Below are positions 41,680 to 54,349 of a stretch of 64,000 bases of DNA, piece after piece. The DNA lies in the NCBI RefSeq assembly GCF_022539665.2, contig NC_081333.1, positions 5,394,001 through 5,458,000 on the forward strand. Reading direction: 5' to 3'. The notes below the pieces were generated by a model. It worked only from the letters and a program-made list of their open reading frames with translations, searched no databases and had not been told where the DNA came from. The translations under genes and the position numbers were made by a program. Each line of letters starts with the position of its first letter. Within the stretch, counting starts at the first letter, position 1. The DNA is from Daphnia carinata (lineage: Eukaryota).

Positions 41680-43139
41680 GGGTCGTATTCCGAACTCCGG
41701 TGTAAGTCAAGTAAGAAACTTGACTTCAATTGGCTTAAGTCAAGCCAGTGAAATTCGAAGTCATATCATAAGTTAGATTATTTTTAAGTTGTATTCTGAA
41801 TTGAAAATTGCACTTGACTTTTGAACGCTTGACTTCGTGTATTGTTAATATACTGACTTTTCTTTTACTATGGGTGTGTCTCGCGTCAACCAAATGCTGG
41901 TTTCATTTCAGTGAATTTAGCAGACGAATGTTCAACCGGTATGAGGAAAAACTCACGTGTTCGATTACTAAAATCAAAACATTGGTTTCTTTTTCCACAT
42001 ATTTGTGAAAATCCATTTAAGTTGGTAATGTGGCACGAAAAATGTAAACAAGTACCCAAGGAAATTTTCGTTGAAACTATAAATGATCGGGTATAATTCA
42101 ATAAATAAATAGTAAATTAATTATAATTGGTCAGAGATATTAAAACTTGATCAGTTGATGTCAAAATCAGAGATAAGGAGATGGGACACGACCGTGTTAA
42201 AGCCGCCATGACACTTTTTGGGGCAGCATCTAGCGGCTAATTCCCTCCCTTCATCATTAGCAGACGAATTCCCTGCAAGGAACCAATGTGACAGGCGGCT
42301 AATTTGAATATGGGAAAGGAAAGTCGGACATTTCGCCAGATAAAAACACACAAAGAAAGTTCTGTGACTCGGAGGGCATTGATAACTCGGAGAATCAAAA
42401 GCGGTCGATTTTCTGGAATTTTTGGCTTACAAATACTTTCCATTCCAGTTTCCATTGAATTGTTTCCAGGGAATGTTAGCTAATTATCAAATTTTATACT
42501 ACAAAATACCCAGGCTCAGCTTACAAGTTGAGTTGTCTATCTCACCATTGTCTAACTCTCCGTGACCATTTCAAATCAGCCGCCTGTAACAATTCTTGTT
42601 TGCAGGGAATTCGTCTGCTAATGAGAAAGGGAGGGAATTAGCCGCTAGATGGAGTGCCGAAATCTGTCATGGCGGCTTTCCCTATTCCGAGTCCCATCTC
42701 CTTATCTCTGGTCAAAATACGCCCCCCCTTTGTTTTTTTCCTCCAAAGAGGTGTTACTAACCCTAAGTCAAATCACTAAACATTTGCAACAAGCTGTACT
42801 ATGCAAAAACAAATTTATAGCTGTAATGAAGTTAATTGAATCACGGTAAAATCGAAAAACATTTGCATGTTTTTGGCAAATTCGTCTGCAATTTATTTGA
42901 GTGGCGGTGCAACCACACATAATTAACATTACTAAAGTACGACTTTGGGTCGTAAATCCAACTACTTGTTGGCTTGACAAATCGGAAAAGTCAAGTACAA
43001 AAAACGCTTAAGTCAAGTGTAGAAATGAACTTGACTTACAATATTTTATTTTCAGAATTGTACTTTTTGAGAAAAGTACAAAAAACCCTAAGTTAAGTAC
43101 AAAACTTGACTTAAGTCGACGTTCGGAGGAATACGACCC
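41680..43139 (+). mobile_element. PIF/Harbinger-like MITE, copy 1 (contains the P-derived MITE)
   Basis: TIR GGGTCGTATTCCGAAC, flanks CAA/CAG, and multiple subterminal AAGTCAAG/CTTGACTT motifs. Confidence 0.78.
42168..42710 (+). mobile_element. 543-bp P-family MITE, deletion derivative of the 14863-15932 element, in opposite orientation
   Basis: Same TIR, 8-bp TSD GTCAAAAT, and an empty site in the neighbouring copy at ~43624-43631. Confidence 0.92.
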
Positions 43140-43142
43140 CAG

Positions 43143-44277
43143 GGGTCGTATTCCGAACTCCGGCGTAAGTCAAGTAAGAAACTTGACTTAAGTTGGTGTA
43201 AGTCAAGCCAGTGAATGTCTAAGTCGAATTTCAAGTAAGATTATTTTTAAGTTATATTCTCAATGGAAAATTGCACTTGACTTTTGAACGCTTGACTTTG
43301 TGTATAATTAATATACTGTCTTTACTTTTACTATGAGCGTGTCTCGCGTCAACCAATTGCTGGTTTCGTTTCAGTGAATTTAGCAGACGAATGTTCAACC
43401 GGTATGAGGAAAAACTCACGTGTTCAATTACTAAAATCAAAACATTGGTTTCTTTTTCCACATATTTGTGATAATCCATTTAAGTTGGTAATTTGGCACG
43501 AAAAATGTAAACAAGTGCCCAAGGGAATTTTCGTTGGAAATTATAAATGATCGGGTATAATTCAATAAATAAATAGTAAATTAATTATAATTGGTCAGAG
43601 ATATTAAAACTTAATCAGTTGCTGTCAAAATACGTGCCCCCCTTTGTTTTTTTCCTCAAAGGAGGTGTTACTAACCCTAAGGCAAATCACTAAACATTTG
43701 CAACAAGCTGTATTATGCAAAAACACATTTATAGCTGTAATGAAGTTAACTGAATCACGGTAAAATCGAAAAAATTTTCGCTGTTTTTCGTCATCAAATA
43801 GAATAAGCTTTTTACTAATTTATTTGCTTATTATTATTATTTGTCATAAGTAATCACTATTCCCACTTGTTTGGCTATTGCCAATATCATATTGTCTTAC
43901 ATATTGTATCATATTGTATTATTGTTAATAATGTACTACTTATTTGCTTGTTAATACTACTTATTACTGCTACTTATTACTTACTACTTATTTGCACTAA
44001 CATTTGCATGTTTTTGGCAAATTCGTCTGCAATTTATTTAAGTGGCGGTGCAACCACACACAATTAGCATTAGTAAAGTACGACTTTGGGTCGTAAATCC
44101 AACAATTTGTTGACTTGAAAAATCGGAAAAGTCAAGTACGAAAATCGCTTAAGGCAAGTATAGAAATAAACTTGATTTACATAATTTTATGTTCAGAATT
44201 GTACTTTTAAAGAAAAGTACGAAAAACCCTAAGTCAAGCACAAAACTTGACTTAAGTCAGCGTTCGGAATACGAACC
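43143..44277 (+). mobile_element. PIF/Harbinger-like MITE, copy 2 (head-to-tail tandem)
   Basis: Direct repeat of copy 1 with the same TIRs, flanked by CAG/CAG. It has an extra ~225-bp AT-rich segment at ~43775-43998. Confidence 0.78.
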
Positions 44278-44454
44278 CAGGTCACAAAGCGGACTCTCAT
44301 TTTATGTTTTGCTAAAAACTATCCGTTTCGACTTTCATGGTTCTCACGTTTGCTACTAAACAGTATCCAAATATTTCGAATGTTATCGATATTAATATGT
44401 GTGAATATTTTGAAATGTTACCAACAAATCGATAACATCGATCTTTTCTTGTTG

Positions 44455-45030
44455 TCTTTTCGGATCGGTTGGAAATTGATTGAGTCAAGGTGAGAGCGCC
44501 TTATAGTAGAAAGGTCCTTGAATTGTATCCTAGTCATGAGTTCCTATGGCCACAAGACTACACTTTCTGCACAAGTTTTGGTTTAGTTTATCTTGAAGGT
44601 CGATAAAGTTAATAAAAGTATTTTGGTCAAAATGTACTGTACCTTTCTCAGATCCGCTGCAACTGCGTATGGTCTATTTGAGGATATAATAAAGTAATGC
44701 TACAATTAATATTAATATTTTAAAAATCATTAAGGATACAATTATTTCTAGGAAGCGAAAACCCACTGATGACCTGACTATTAACTTGTGAGTGTCTGTG
44801 ATGGAATAAGTTTGAATGGTGGGTATCTAGTTCTAATTTAATAAATTCTTACAATTTAGCATGTAAAGTTTCATGAATTGTAAGTTTACAACTCCCTTAC
44901 TGTCCCAAAAAAAACTTGAAGATATTCCTGTTGACATGAATATCAATCTTGTAAATGATTGCTTCTTAAGCATCTATTGATCGTTTAGCTCGTTGTTCTT
45001 TCAAAATTACCAGTTTGCCACTTGTCTAGA
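44455..45030 (-). pseudogene. FARSB: Phenylalanyl-tRNA synthetase beta subunit fragment
   Basis: TSGKLVILKEQ...[52 protein letters not shown]. Confidence 0.82.
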
Positions 45031-45079
45031 ATTACAGAAGTATAAAATATTGACATGACTTGATTTTTTCATCAGTTTA

Positions 45080-45413
45080 CCGCTTTAAAGTCAAAGTGCA
45101 AGATGGTCGTCATGTACGTCGGCAGTTTTGTAAGTAGCATGGAAAGATCCAAGTTATGGCCCTAAATAGCAACTAAATAGCCCACAGGTGAATGAAAGTC
45201 ATGATTGTTGACCACTGAGTTTCTGCAAACTAAAATGTAATAGGAACAAAATTTCAATCAGACTCTTTCGAGTTCCCGAAAAGGTTGATATCGTGCAAGT
45301 GATAAGAAGGGAAACATTTACCCACCGCAATTGGCTTCAAAACCCCAATAGAAGCGAGGATGTAACGTTTCTCTTTTTCCGCAATTCTAGGATGCACCGG
45401 CGGTCTTTCATAC
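45080..45413 (-). pseudogene. SLC17/sialin-like MFS transporter fragment (continues at ~52422-52443 across the Gypsy insertion)
   Basis: LVVY|ERPPVHPRIAEKEKRYILASIG; LWAI..GHNL..MLLTKLPTYMTTILHFDFK. Confidence 0.75.
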
Positions 45414-45630
45414 TGTTGCAGCTCGGCTGCAAATAACGTTCGTAAATCGTGAATCGCTTCAATTTCTGTATTAAGTTCTCTGAACGATCGGACTCAGCTA
45501 ACGCGTGATCCTTCGTTCCATTCGAGACTACCCCCTCCGCCTCGGCAAGGCCAAAAAAGGGGGTAAGAGAGAAAGAGGCACTCACGCCATCTAGGAGGAA
45601 AAACAGGTACACTTGGGCAGGGTCCCAACA
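45414..45630 (-). repeat. 3' LTR
   Basis: Direct repeat of 52205-52421, preceded on the minus strand by the PPT. Confidence 0.95.
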
Positions 45631-45646
45631 TTCGGCCTTTCCTGAA

Positions 45647-45685
<39 letters not shown>

Positions 45686-45859
45686 AGCAAAAGGCACTCT
45701 GAGTGAAAAAGAAAAAAGGTTATGCGGACGAGGAAGGCCACCACATGACAAAAACATGGCACTAAAAACGAAACAAAAATGTGCCATCAAAGAAATAGTT
45801 TCACAGTTCAAAACGGAAAAAAGGAGGCGACAAAACTTGCATGAAATATACCAAATTAA

Positions 45860-48800
45860 TTAATGAAATAGTGGGCTGATAAAATCACGGATTCGAGTAG
45901 GAGGGGAAACCGTGCGAACCAGTCGAGTAGAGACCGAAATTTGAGGGACAGCAGCCGGGCCGACCAACGGGGATGGGACAGCAGTATCAGGTGCGCTCTC
46001 CGGGTTTTTTGAATTCGCCTCTTTGCTGAGTGTATCCGTGCGCATGTCTTCCAACGGACTGTCAGCGGCGGTGTCGTTCGCAGTCGTCCTATTTAAGTGT
46101 CGGGCGGCCGGATTGTCCGCCATACCGTTATCCACCAAACCGCTGTCCGACACATCAGAGTCATCCTCGGGGCACCAGTCAATTTCTTCACGGACATGAA
46201 AGGGGCGGAGCTGCGCGACGTGGGCATTAAACCGATTCCAAGTTCGTCGCCTGCGGAAGGCAGGGACGTCTTCGACAAGGTAAGTGTTTTTACACTTGGG
46301 CCGAACAATCTGGAAAGGCCCGATGAATTTGGGCAGCAGTTTCTTTGTCCGACCAACGATCCTGATGTTTCTGGCAACAAGAACCAATTCTCCCTTCTCG
46401 AACCGCCGGGCATGACGATGACGTTGGTCATAGCGCAGCTTGCTTTTTCTTTGAGACTCTTCAATCAGGCGACGGGCAATCGAACGCCACTTAAAGACGC
46501 GGCGATGAAATTCGCGAGGAGACACGGAAGAAGCCGTAGGCCAAGAAAAAGCAGATTGATGCGGTAGCCTAGCTGGACGACCATGGACAAGCTCGAACGG
46601 GGAATAGCGGGTTGAAGATTGCTTTGAGGTGTTGATGCAAAGAGTCGCAGCCGGAAGATGTTCATCCCAGTCATTCTGCTCCACGTTAATGAATCCTTTC
46701 ACGGCAGACACCAATGTGCGGTTGGACCGTTCGACCAAACCGTTCGTCTGAGGGCGTTCAGTGGTCGCCAGGACATGCCGTACTCCGAGTCGATTCAATT
46801 CTAAAGGCAATGAGTGCGCAGTAAAAGCGGATCCTTTGTCCGTAATGATTCTTTTCATCATTCCATGCTGGGGAATGACGTGTTCTCGAAGGGCTCGAAT
46901 GACGGATTCTGTGGTTAAGTCTGGGACGGGAATCGCCATCAACCACTTAGTCAAGTAGTCAATCCGGACGAAAACGTGTAGGTTTCTGCGGGCGGTAAGT
47001 TTGAAGGGCCCTAGGTGATCCGCTCCCAGCGTGTCAAACGGTTCCTTTGGTGGAGGGATCGACATTAATTTGCCAACCAGCCGCCCGCTCATCGGCTTGT
47101 TGAACTGGCAATGAGGGCAGGAGGACACATAGGCGACGACACTCTTTCTAAGTCCCGGCCACCAATAACACAGGGACACTTTGGCCAATGTTTTGTCGAT
47201 GCCCATGTGCCCCCCACTCGGCTCGTCATGGCACGCATGAAGGACGTCACGACGGAGAAACGATGGCACCACTAACAAGCGAGGAAGTCCCGATCCGCAA
47301 TTCTTCCGATAGAGGCAGTGTTTATGAAGTTGAAAGACGGGATCAGCTGGAGAATCGCGGAGACGCAAAATAATTTTCCGAAGAGAAGAGTCCCCTTGCT
47401 GGAGAAGTGCTACCTCTTCCGGTGGGTGGTAACTGCCAACTAGGGCACAAACCATACGATCGGTTGGATCCGTGTACTCAGGGGCACCAACAGGATACCG
47501 TGAGAGGGCGTCAGCAACAACGTTCAATTCTCCTTTGAGATCGTGGACTTCAATGTCGTAATCCTGCAAGGCAAGGATCCAGCGCGCCAATTTACCTTCC
47601 ACATCTTTCTTTGAGTGAAGCCACTTGAGGGCGATGTTGTCGGTCCAAACAGTAAATCGACGCCCGTAAAGATGATGACGAAGCTTTCCGAGGGCCCACA
47701 CGAGTGCACAGCACTCCAACTCGTTGCTGCAGTAGTTTTGTTCGGCTGAAGAGGTTCCGCGACTGATGAAGGTGATTGGTCGCTCTCCGTCGGTGTCAAC
47801 TCTGCTGAGGACAGCCCCCAACCCAAGCTTGCTGGCGTCCGTCTTCAACTCCAGCCGGCAATCGTCGTCATCACAGGCCAGAGTAGGTGCTACCATAAGT
47901 GCGTCCTGTATATCCCGCATAGCCCGTTGCTCAGTAGTAGTCCAGCTCCAAGCAACTCCTTTTTTTAGCAAGTGATGAAGAGGAGCCGCCAAGCGCGCGT
48001 ACGACAGGATGAACCGGCGATAATAAGAGGCAATTCCGAGAAAGGATTTCAATGGACTCGTGTCTGTCGGAATAGGGAAGCGGTCAATGGCCTCGAGTTT
48101 TTGCGGATCCGGTCGAATACCTTGGCGGTCGATGAGATGACCGAGGTAGCGCATGGAATCCGTAGCAAAAGTACATTTAGCCGGATTGAGCTTGAGTCCC
48201 GCAGCACGTAAAGCCGTCAAGACAGCATCAAGACGATCCAAATGAGTTTCAAACGAGTCGGCGAAGATGGCGATGTCGTCCAGATACACAAGGCAATGAG
48301 TCCAACGAAGATGCCGAAGTACCTGATCCATCAAGCGTTGAAACGTTGCGGGGGAGTTACAAAGGCCGAATGGCATCCGTTTGAAGTGAAACAGTCCGTC
48401 AGCGGTCACGAAAGCAGTTTTCTCGCGGTCGCATTCACGAATGGGGACTTGCCAGAATCCATTTTTCAAGTCGAGAGAGGACATGAATTTATCCCCCTTT
48501 TTGTCGCCGGCACTAGTAACTCTCTCTAGGATTTCGTCGATTCGTGGAAGGGGGTAGAGATCGCGTCGTGTTTTGGAGTTGATAGGGCGATAGTCAATAC
48601 AGAATCGCCAGGATCCGTCCTTTTTTGGAACCATGACCACTTGGGCCGCCCATGGGCTGTTGGAGCGTTCAATTACGTCCTTTTCGAGCATGTCGTTCAC
48701 TTGGGAACTAATGAGACGACGTTCGCAAGCAGACGTCCGGTGAAGAGTGGATCCAATCGGTCGACAATCGCCCGTATCTATACAGTGCTCGATTCCGTGA

Positions 48801-50128
48801 GTCGGGACAGATTTCTGGTCAACGAAAGAGTCGGAATGACGATCCAAAAGTTTAAAAAACCGTTCGCGCTGCTCTGCGGTAACGTTATCACCGACGACGA
48901 GGTTCTTCCTGATGTCTTCTGGTATGGGAGGGGGTGAAGAGGAGACAGCGACACTACAAACAGTGTCACCCACGTCGTTGGCCGTATTAAGAGAGATTAC
49001 AGAGGTGCGTAGTAATTCAACGCTCGCTAGTGCATTACCCTCGTTCCATTGGAGAGGCTGACTGCTCAGATTAACTACCGGGATGTAAAGAGCCCTCTTA
49101 CTGGCAGTGACAATGCAATTTGGAATAATCCATTCACGAGACGGTTGAGATGAGAAGGACTTGGTTACTATTCAAACGTCTCCCATTGTACATGGAACAT
49201 CCGTCATGATGAACCGCATGCCTCCCGGTGGCAAGACCGTTCGCTTCCTTACGTTAGCGTAGAATGGAATTGGAGAAGCCGGAAGATCGTTGTCAAGCGA
49301 AATAGAGCCAAGGAAATCCCCAAACGAATCCGGCAACGAGGACTCCGGCACCTCCTCCACGATTGGATCCAGTGTACGTTGATAGGTCGAACAACGGCTG
49401 TTGCGAGAAGCTCCAGACACTGGCCAGTCCGACTTGAGACCAAGGCCCATCGCCGGAATATCCGTTACTGGTGAAGTTGCTAAAAATGCATCGTCCTGGA
49501 TATCGTCGTCAGCGACGAGGCCAGGAACCATTAAAATAGACACTGCTGCACAAATATCTTGGATCGAGGGTTCTGATGTGTCCAACTTCTTGAGAGAAAG
49601 GTCTAATCTGTGAGGGCGGACATGAGCCGTGAGCCGTCCACCTTCTGCGTAAACAATAATGCGCCCTTTTTCGAGCCACTCGGCTCCCAAAATCATGTCG
49701 TACAGAGAATTTTCCACAATCTTAACTCGCTTCAACTCGGCCGCAACGCCCTCAAACCGAACTGAGAGCGCCATTTCACCAACAACAGGGACTTTTATTT
49801 TGTCGAAACCTACGACATGACCGCCAAACTTGTTTTCTTCTTTTAGAATGCTCTCAACAATATCTTTACGAACAACACTGACCATTGCGCCACTATCCAC
49901 CATGGCATGTACATCCCCGACCTGTGCAACGTTGACGGAAACCATAGCTAACTTAGTCGGTTGAGGGACTGGACTTATTGCTGATGATCGAGCCGGTCCT
50001 GCCCCCATGAGCCGGCTGCGTCGTTTTCCGGAAAAAAATAAGAAGCGACGACTGGTGGTGGACGCGTTGGGCGTCGGGGTTCTGGGCAATCCACAGCGTA
50101 GTGACCCTTGTAGTTGCAGTTGTAGCAT
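45860..50128 (-). pseudogene. pol: Gypsy pol (protease, spacer, RT, RNase H, integrase) with one in-frame TGA at 49172-49174
   Basis: VDSGA; YLDD; TDAS...ELEC...TDN; H..H..CPHC; D-D-E; GPF. The two ORFs are in the same frame and only a single stop separates them. Confidence 0.95.
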
Positions 50129-51261
50129 GTGATCTCGTTCAAAGGAAGGCGAAAACTGGGGCGGGGGCGTCGGGCGAAAACTTCGTTGTACGCTGGACGT
50201 GGGCTAAACGCAGCTGACGGGCCAGCATGAGTTGGGCCTAATGGCCGTGGAGATGGATTGCGCCACGAAGTAGTTGGAGGTTGACCGACTGCTCTGGCAA
50301 CTTCACGGACGTCTTGCTTGATCTGGATGATTTGCTCGCCGAAAGTCTTCAGCACACTTGCCAAATCAGGCTGAGTCGCGAGAGAGCTCACATGTGGAAC
50401 AGGAGGGGCCTGCGGAGTTATGGTGTTGTTGCCAATGGCTTCCAAGTCACGAATACGCACAATGAACGCGGCTAAATCGGTGGGGGCGGGAGGATTGGCT
50501 AGCATGATTGCTCTTTGATCCGGATAGTAGAGCCCCTTACTCAGATAGTTGACGGCCTCTGCCATGGGCAATTGGTGAGGGCACAAGTTACACAGCCGCA
50601 TCTTCTCAAGGGCGTATTGAGCTCCCGACTCGTTCGGCAGTTGAACACGGCTTTCGATCTGCAGGCACCATTGAACCTAGGATAAACGCGGTTGAAATGT
50701 AGCTTGCAGAGCGGCCAACCAAGCTGGCCATAGAGCATAATCATGTCCCGTCATGTCCTGCCAACGCAAAGCCGGACCGGACAGTTTACCGATGGCCACT
50801 CTCAGCTTGACATCGTCCACCCATACCTCAGCCACGGCAGTGCGATTGAGAATGGAGAGCCAATCGGTTAGGCTATCTGTAGCCTGGCCAGTGTACACGG
50901 GGATGGCTAACACAGCTGAAGAGCGGGGCCCCTGTTGAGCAGCTTGCTGAACGACGGGCGGATTGGCTAGCTGAGCCAAGAGATCCTGATGAGCCTGCTG
51001 CTGCACGATTAAGTCTTGGTGAAGCTGGTTATGGGCCGCTGTTTGTGCCTGCTGGTTAATATTCATCTGCCCAGTCAGAGCCGTGAGGGCATCAGTCAAC
51101 TGTTGATTCGCCATCGTAAGTTGTGAGATAGGAACGTTGACCACTGGTGTATTTTTACAACGACGTGTAGCTCCGCACTTGCAGTAGAGTGAACAAAAAC
51201 GACCAGCAACCGAGCAAGAGCAACGCAAGCAATCGCCCTTAACGCAGCGACAGCTGGGCAT
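49975..51261 (-). pseudogene. gag: Gypsy gag with N-terminal CXC domain and C-terminal CCHC knuckle; one in-frame TAG at 50677-50679
   Basis: Capsid-like IPVYTG...W...LSGPALRW...FQPRLS*VQW...Q..NESG and knuckle CYNCNYKGHYAVDC. It overlaps pol in a different frame. Confidence 0.9.
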
Positions 51262-52185
51262 GGGCAACACAGAACAAGAGAAAGAGAACACAGTGCTGTC
51301 TACTTGGCTGTATTTTTCGGTTTAGAACTTTGCTCGATCGGATTCAATTCCTCTTCAGTAAACTCAATTCCATCGATACAAATTACGTCGTCGTCGATTG
51401 GTGCAGTGGGAGCTTCAACAGGTGGTACGGGTTATTCAGTTGGGGTATCCGGTTGCAGTTGATCGTCGGGTAGCTTCTCGCCACGTTGCTCGAGGTATTC
51501 GTCAAGCTCAACAAGCAGCCTTTGCTTTTCAAAGAATCGTCTCCTAGCTCGCTTTTGCTTCTTCCTTCCACGAGCCTTTTCACTTGCTCGTTTCCCAGGC
51601 AGTTTCAAGCTAGGGGGGGACAGGCCAACAAGGGACCCGACCACACTCAAGGAATGCACAAAACGTGGTTGACGGCTATGATGGCGGCCACGTGGGAGTG
51701 GGCATCAAATATTTCGCGATCGAGCCTAGCCTACTAGGGCCCGGCCACAATGTTGAATATATGAAATGCACCAATAAACGGCCCCACAACCACCCAAAAA
51801 AAAAGAGATTTTAAAAATTTTAGCAGACTCGCTTTGATAAAGACTTCGGTCTCGACAAATAAATTTGGGCTCCAATACCGAGTGGATCAACACACACACT
51901 TTGAGATAAATAATAAGGGAACTATCGACAGAATGTTGCCGGTCGTACCAACTAGAGTACAACCTTGCAATAACTAGTCGAAAACACAAAAGAAATCACT
52001 CGAAAACTGTCCTCGAAAACCGGCAAAAGAAAGAAAAAAAAAGAGGAAACGAGAGGAACCGCCACGAAGAGGCTGCTACGAGCTGACAAAATGGCCGATC
52101 AAGATGGCCGACCTTGCAGGAACTAGATTCAGCGAATCGAAAAAACAGTAAAATCTGACGAAATTAAACTATGGGGAAACTCGGG

Positions 52186-52203
52186 ATCTCGCCGCTGCCA
52201 CCA
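52186..52203 (-). promoter_or_regulatory. Primer binding site, tRNA-Leu type
   Basis: TGGTGGCAGCGGCGAGAT lies 1 nt after the 5' LTR. It is close to the complement of the tRNA-Leu 3' end as recalled (TGGTGGCAGCGGTGGGAT). Confidence 0.8.
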
Positions 52204-52204
52204 C

Positions 52205-52421
52205 TGTTACAGCTCGGCTGTAAATAACGTTCGTAAATCGTGAATCGCTTCAATTTCTGTATTAATTTCTCTGAACGATCGGACTCAGCTAACGCGTGAT
52301 CCTTCGTTCCATTCGAGACTACCCCCTCCGCCTCGGCAAGGCCAAAAAAGGGGGTAAGAGAGAAAGAGGCACTCACGCCATCTAGGAGGAAAAACAGGTA
52401 CACTTGGGCCGGGTCCCAACA
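52205..52421 (-). repeat. 5' LTR
   Basis: Direct repeat of 45414-45630. Confidence 0.95.
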
Positions 52422-52443
52422 ATACACAACCAAACAGAAAACC

Positions 52444-53140
52444 AGTAATTTACAGAATTTGTTCCCATCTCTGCAAAGAAGGGATGAGATTTCCACTATG
52501 ATGAAAATGCGATGAAAAACTGATACTACGCTGAGGTATAAGTTTTTTACGCGTAGATCAACATCTTGAAATTTGACACCTATGAATGAAACCATTCAAG
52601 AGTTTCACTTTTGTCATTGATGCGTGAACCACACTAGCTACTATTTTCTACTTCAGAAAACTGAGTTTGTATCTTAGTCTGTTTTTCTCTTATTTTTTCC
52701 ACAATACTGTCAACCAGAGTTCTATTTGGTGTTAGATTGGGATTTATCAACAATGCCAGGGCTTTTCATTCTCTACATCAACTTGCTATAGAATAGAAAA
52801 TTAGCAACTACATCCAATTAGAGCTTATCATTTTAATTTACCATGTCTTCTCCAAACTGTGAATGATTTTTAAAGTATGATTCTCCATTGTTACATTCAT
52901 GTTCTTCAAGGTCTGCACCAAATGGTGTGGGCCGTACCTAACAATGTGGCTCGTAGAATATTAAACAGAAAAACATCTTGTACAATTTGATACATTAAAT
53001 ATCTTACCTTGAACGATCGACCCAGTTTCTCCTGTTTCTTCTTCAAGCTCTTGCTGTTCTTTCTGAGCTTGTTTCAAAACCCTTGCTAACAGTTTGTCGT
53101 CAAGAAATATATGGCCTGCATCGGTCCTATTTTTCGTCTA
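52444..53140 (-). pseudogene. BYSL: Bystin N-terminal/central fragment with introns
   Basis: FLDDKLLARVLKQAQKEQQELEEE; PNRTLVDSIVEKIREKQTKIQTQFSE; DLRVKNLY; IPSLQRWEQIL. Confidence 0.8.
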
Positions 53141-54349
53141 TTACTAGGAAAGAACTGCATGGAAAGAACGAAAATTGAATGATTTTCGCGGTGCTTTTGG
53201 CGGGTCTGAATACGAACATATATTAACATGAAGACTGGTCAAATATTATTACTGAAATCGAAACAAGAATGGATGTGTGGAGGCATTAGCTTGGGAAACG
53301 ATTCTGTTCAAAAATAAATTTAAACAAAAACTATGTTCCGCTCGTATCCAGGCTGTGATATGTCTTAAATTTCACTCAGTTCCTTGTTGCGATTACAAGG
53401 ATCCCTAATCAATACAGTACCACACGGTGTCAAATCTAAGAAAATTCTTTGTAGCAAACGTATTAAAGTCACTAACAGTACGGTCGCGGAAAGCTGATTT
53501 CACCTTCAACGTAATTTACGAATGTATTGCCTTGCGCTTGTTGAATTTTAAGTTGGTCATATTGCAGAAGCGAAGACCCCTCGCTTAAACTGATGTATTC
53601 TTTAACCTATGTAAGGCAAACGTGGAAAACAAGTATTGTTTTTTAAGGCGAAAATGTTGTATGAAATAGCATTAGCTCATCGCGATTGGAAGGAACCAAA
53701 CGAGGTTATTTACGTAGACACTTTTGCGTTGGGCAGTTCTCTTGAACCAAGGTGCTATCCATTACGAGTCGACTTAAATCCCGCTTAGCACTGTTGTCAC
53801 CACCGAATTTGCGGACGATATGGGAAATGCATTCATATCCATCTGTAAATATAATGCTGTTTCAACCGACAATAACACTACATTCACCATCTCTATTTTG
53901 TTCAGTGAAATATAGCAGCGATAAAGCCGTCTACTTCTCGTCGCGTTTCTTCACTTCTATTGCTGACACTGGTACAACAGATCGTGACGTTACGCGTTTA
54001 ACAGTCAGCCGTAGTGAGATTGACCTCGGTAATACCAAGAATACATATCAAACAGCATACGGAGAATCACATAGTAGCGCAGTTTCGGTAAGTAAAAACG
54101 GTCTTTAAATGTAAAAAAAAATATGCTCTTCTTTAATATTATTGAATAACAATGCTTGTATTATTTCTTTTCTAATAACACGTGATACTTCTGGATCTTA
54201 CCGTACTGCATTGATCGCATTTATTGAACAAAAAATTTATACTGTCGGCCCGGACTTAAGTTTCTTCCTTATTTAACATTGAAGGTCCTGTTTCAACGTT
54301 TCTATTGTTATAGCGAACATAAAGGACATTCACTAGAGAACGAAATAAA

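Larger units (their letters stand above)
45414..52421 (-). mobile_element. Full-length Ty3/Gypsy LTR retrotransposon
   Basis: 217-bp LTRs with TG...CA ends (4 differences counted by eye), 4-bp TSD ATAC, tRNA-Leu-type PBS, PPT TCAGGAAAGGCCGAA, and gag plus PR-RT-RH-IN order. Confidence 0.97.

Noticed and set aside
45337..45811. ORFs sharing a peptide with 52164-52595
   Set aside because: They are translations of the two LTR copies, not genes.
46030..50938. Plus-strand ORFs over the Gypsy element
   Set aside because: They are antisense shadows of GC-rich gag/pol coding sequence.
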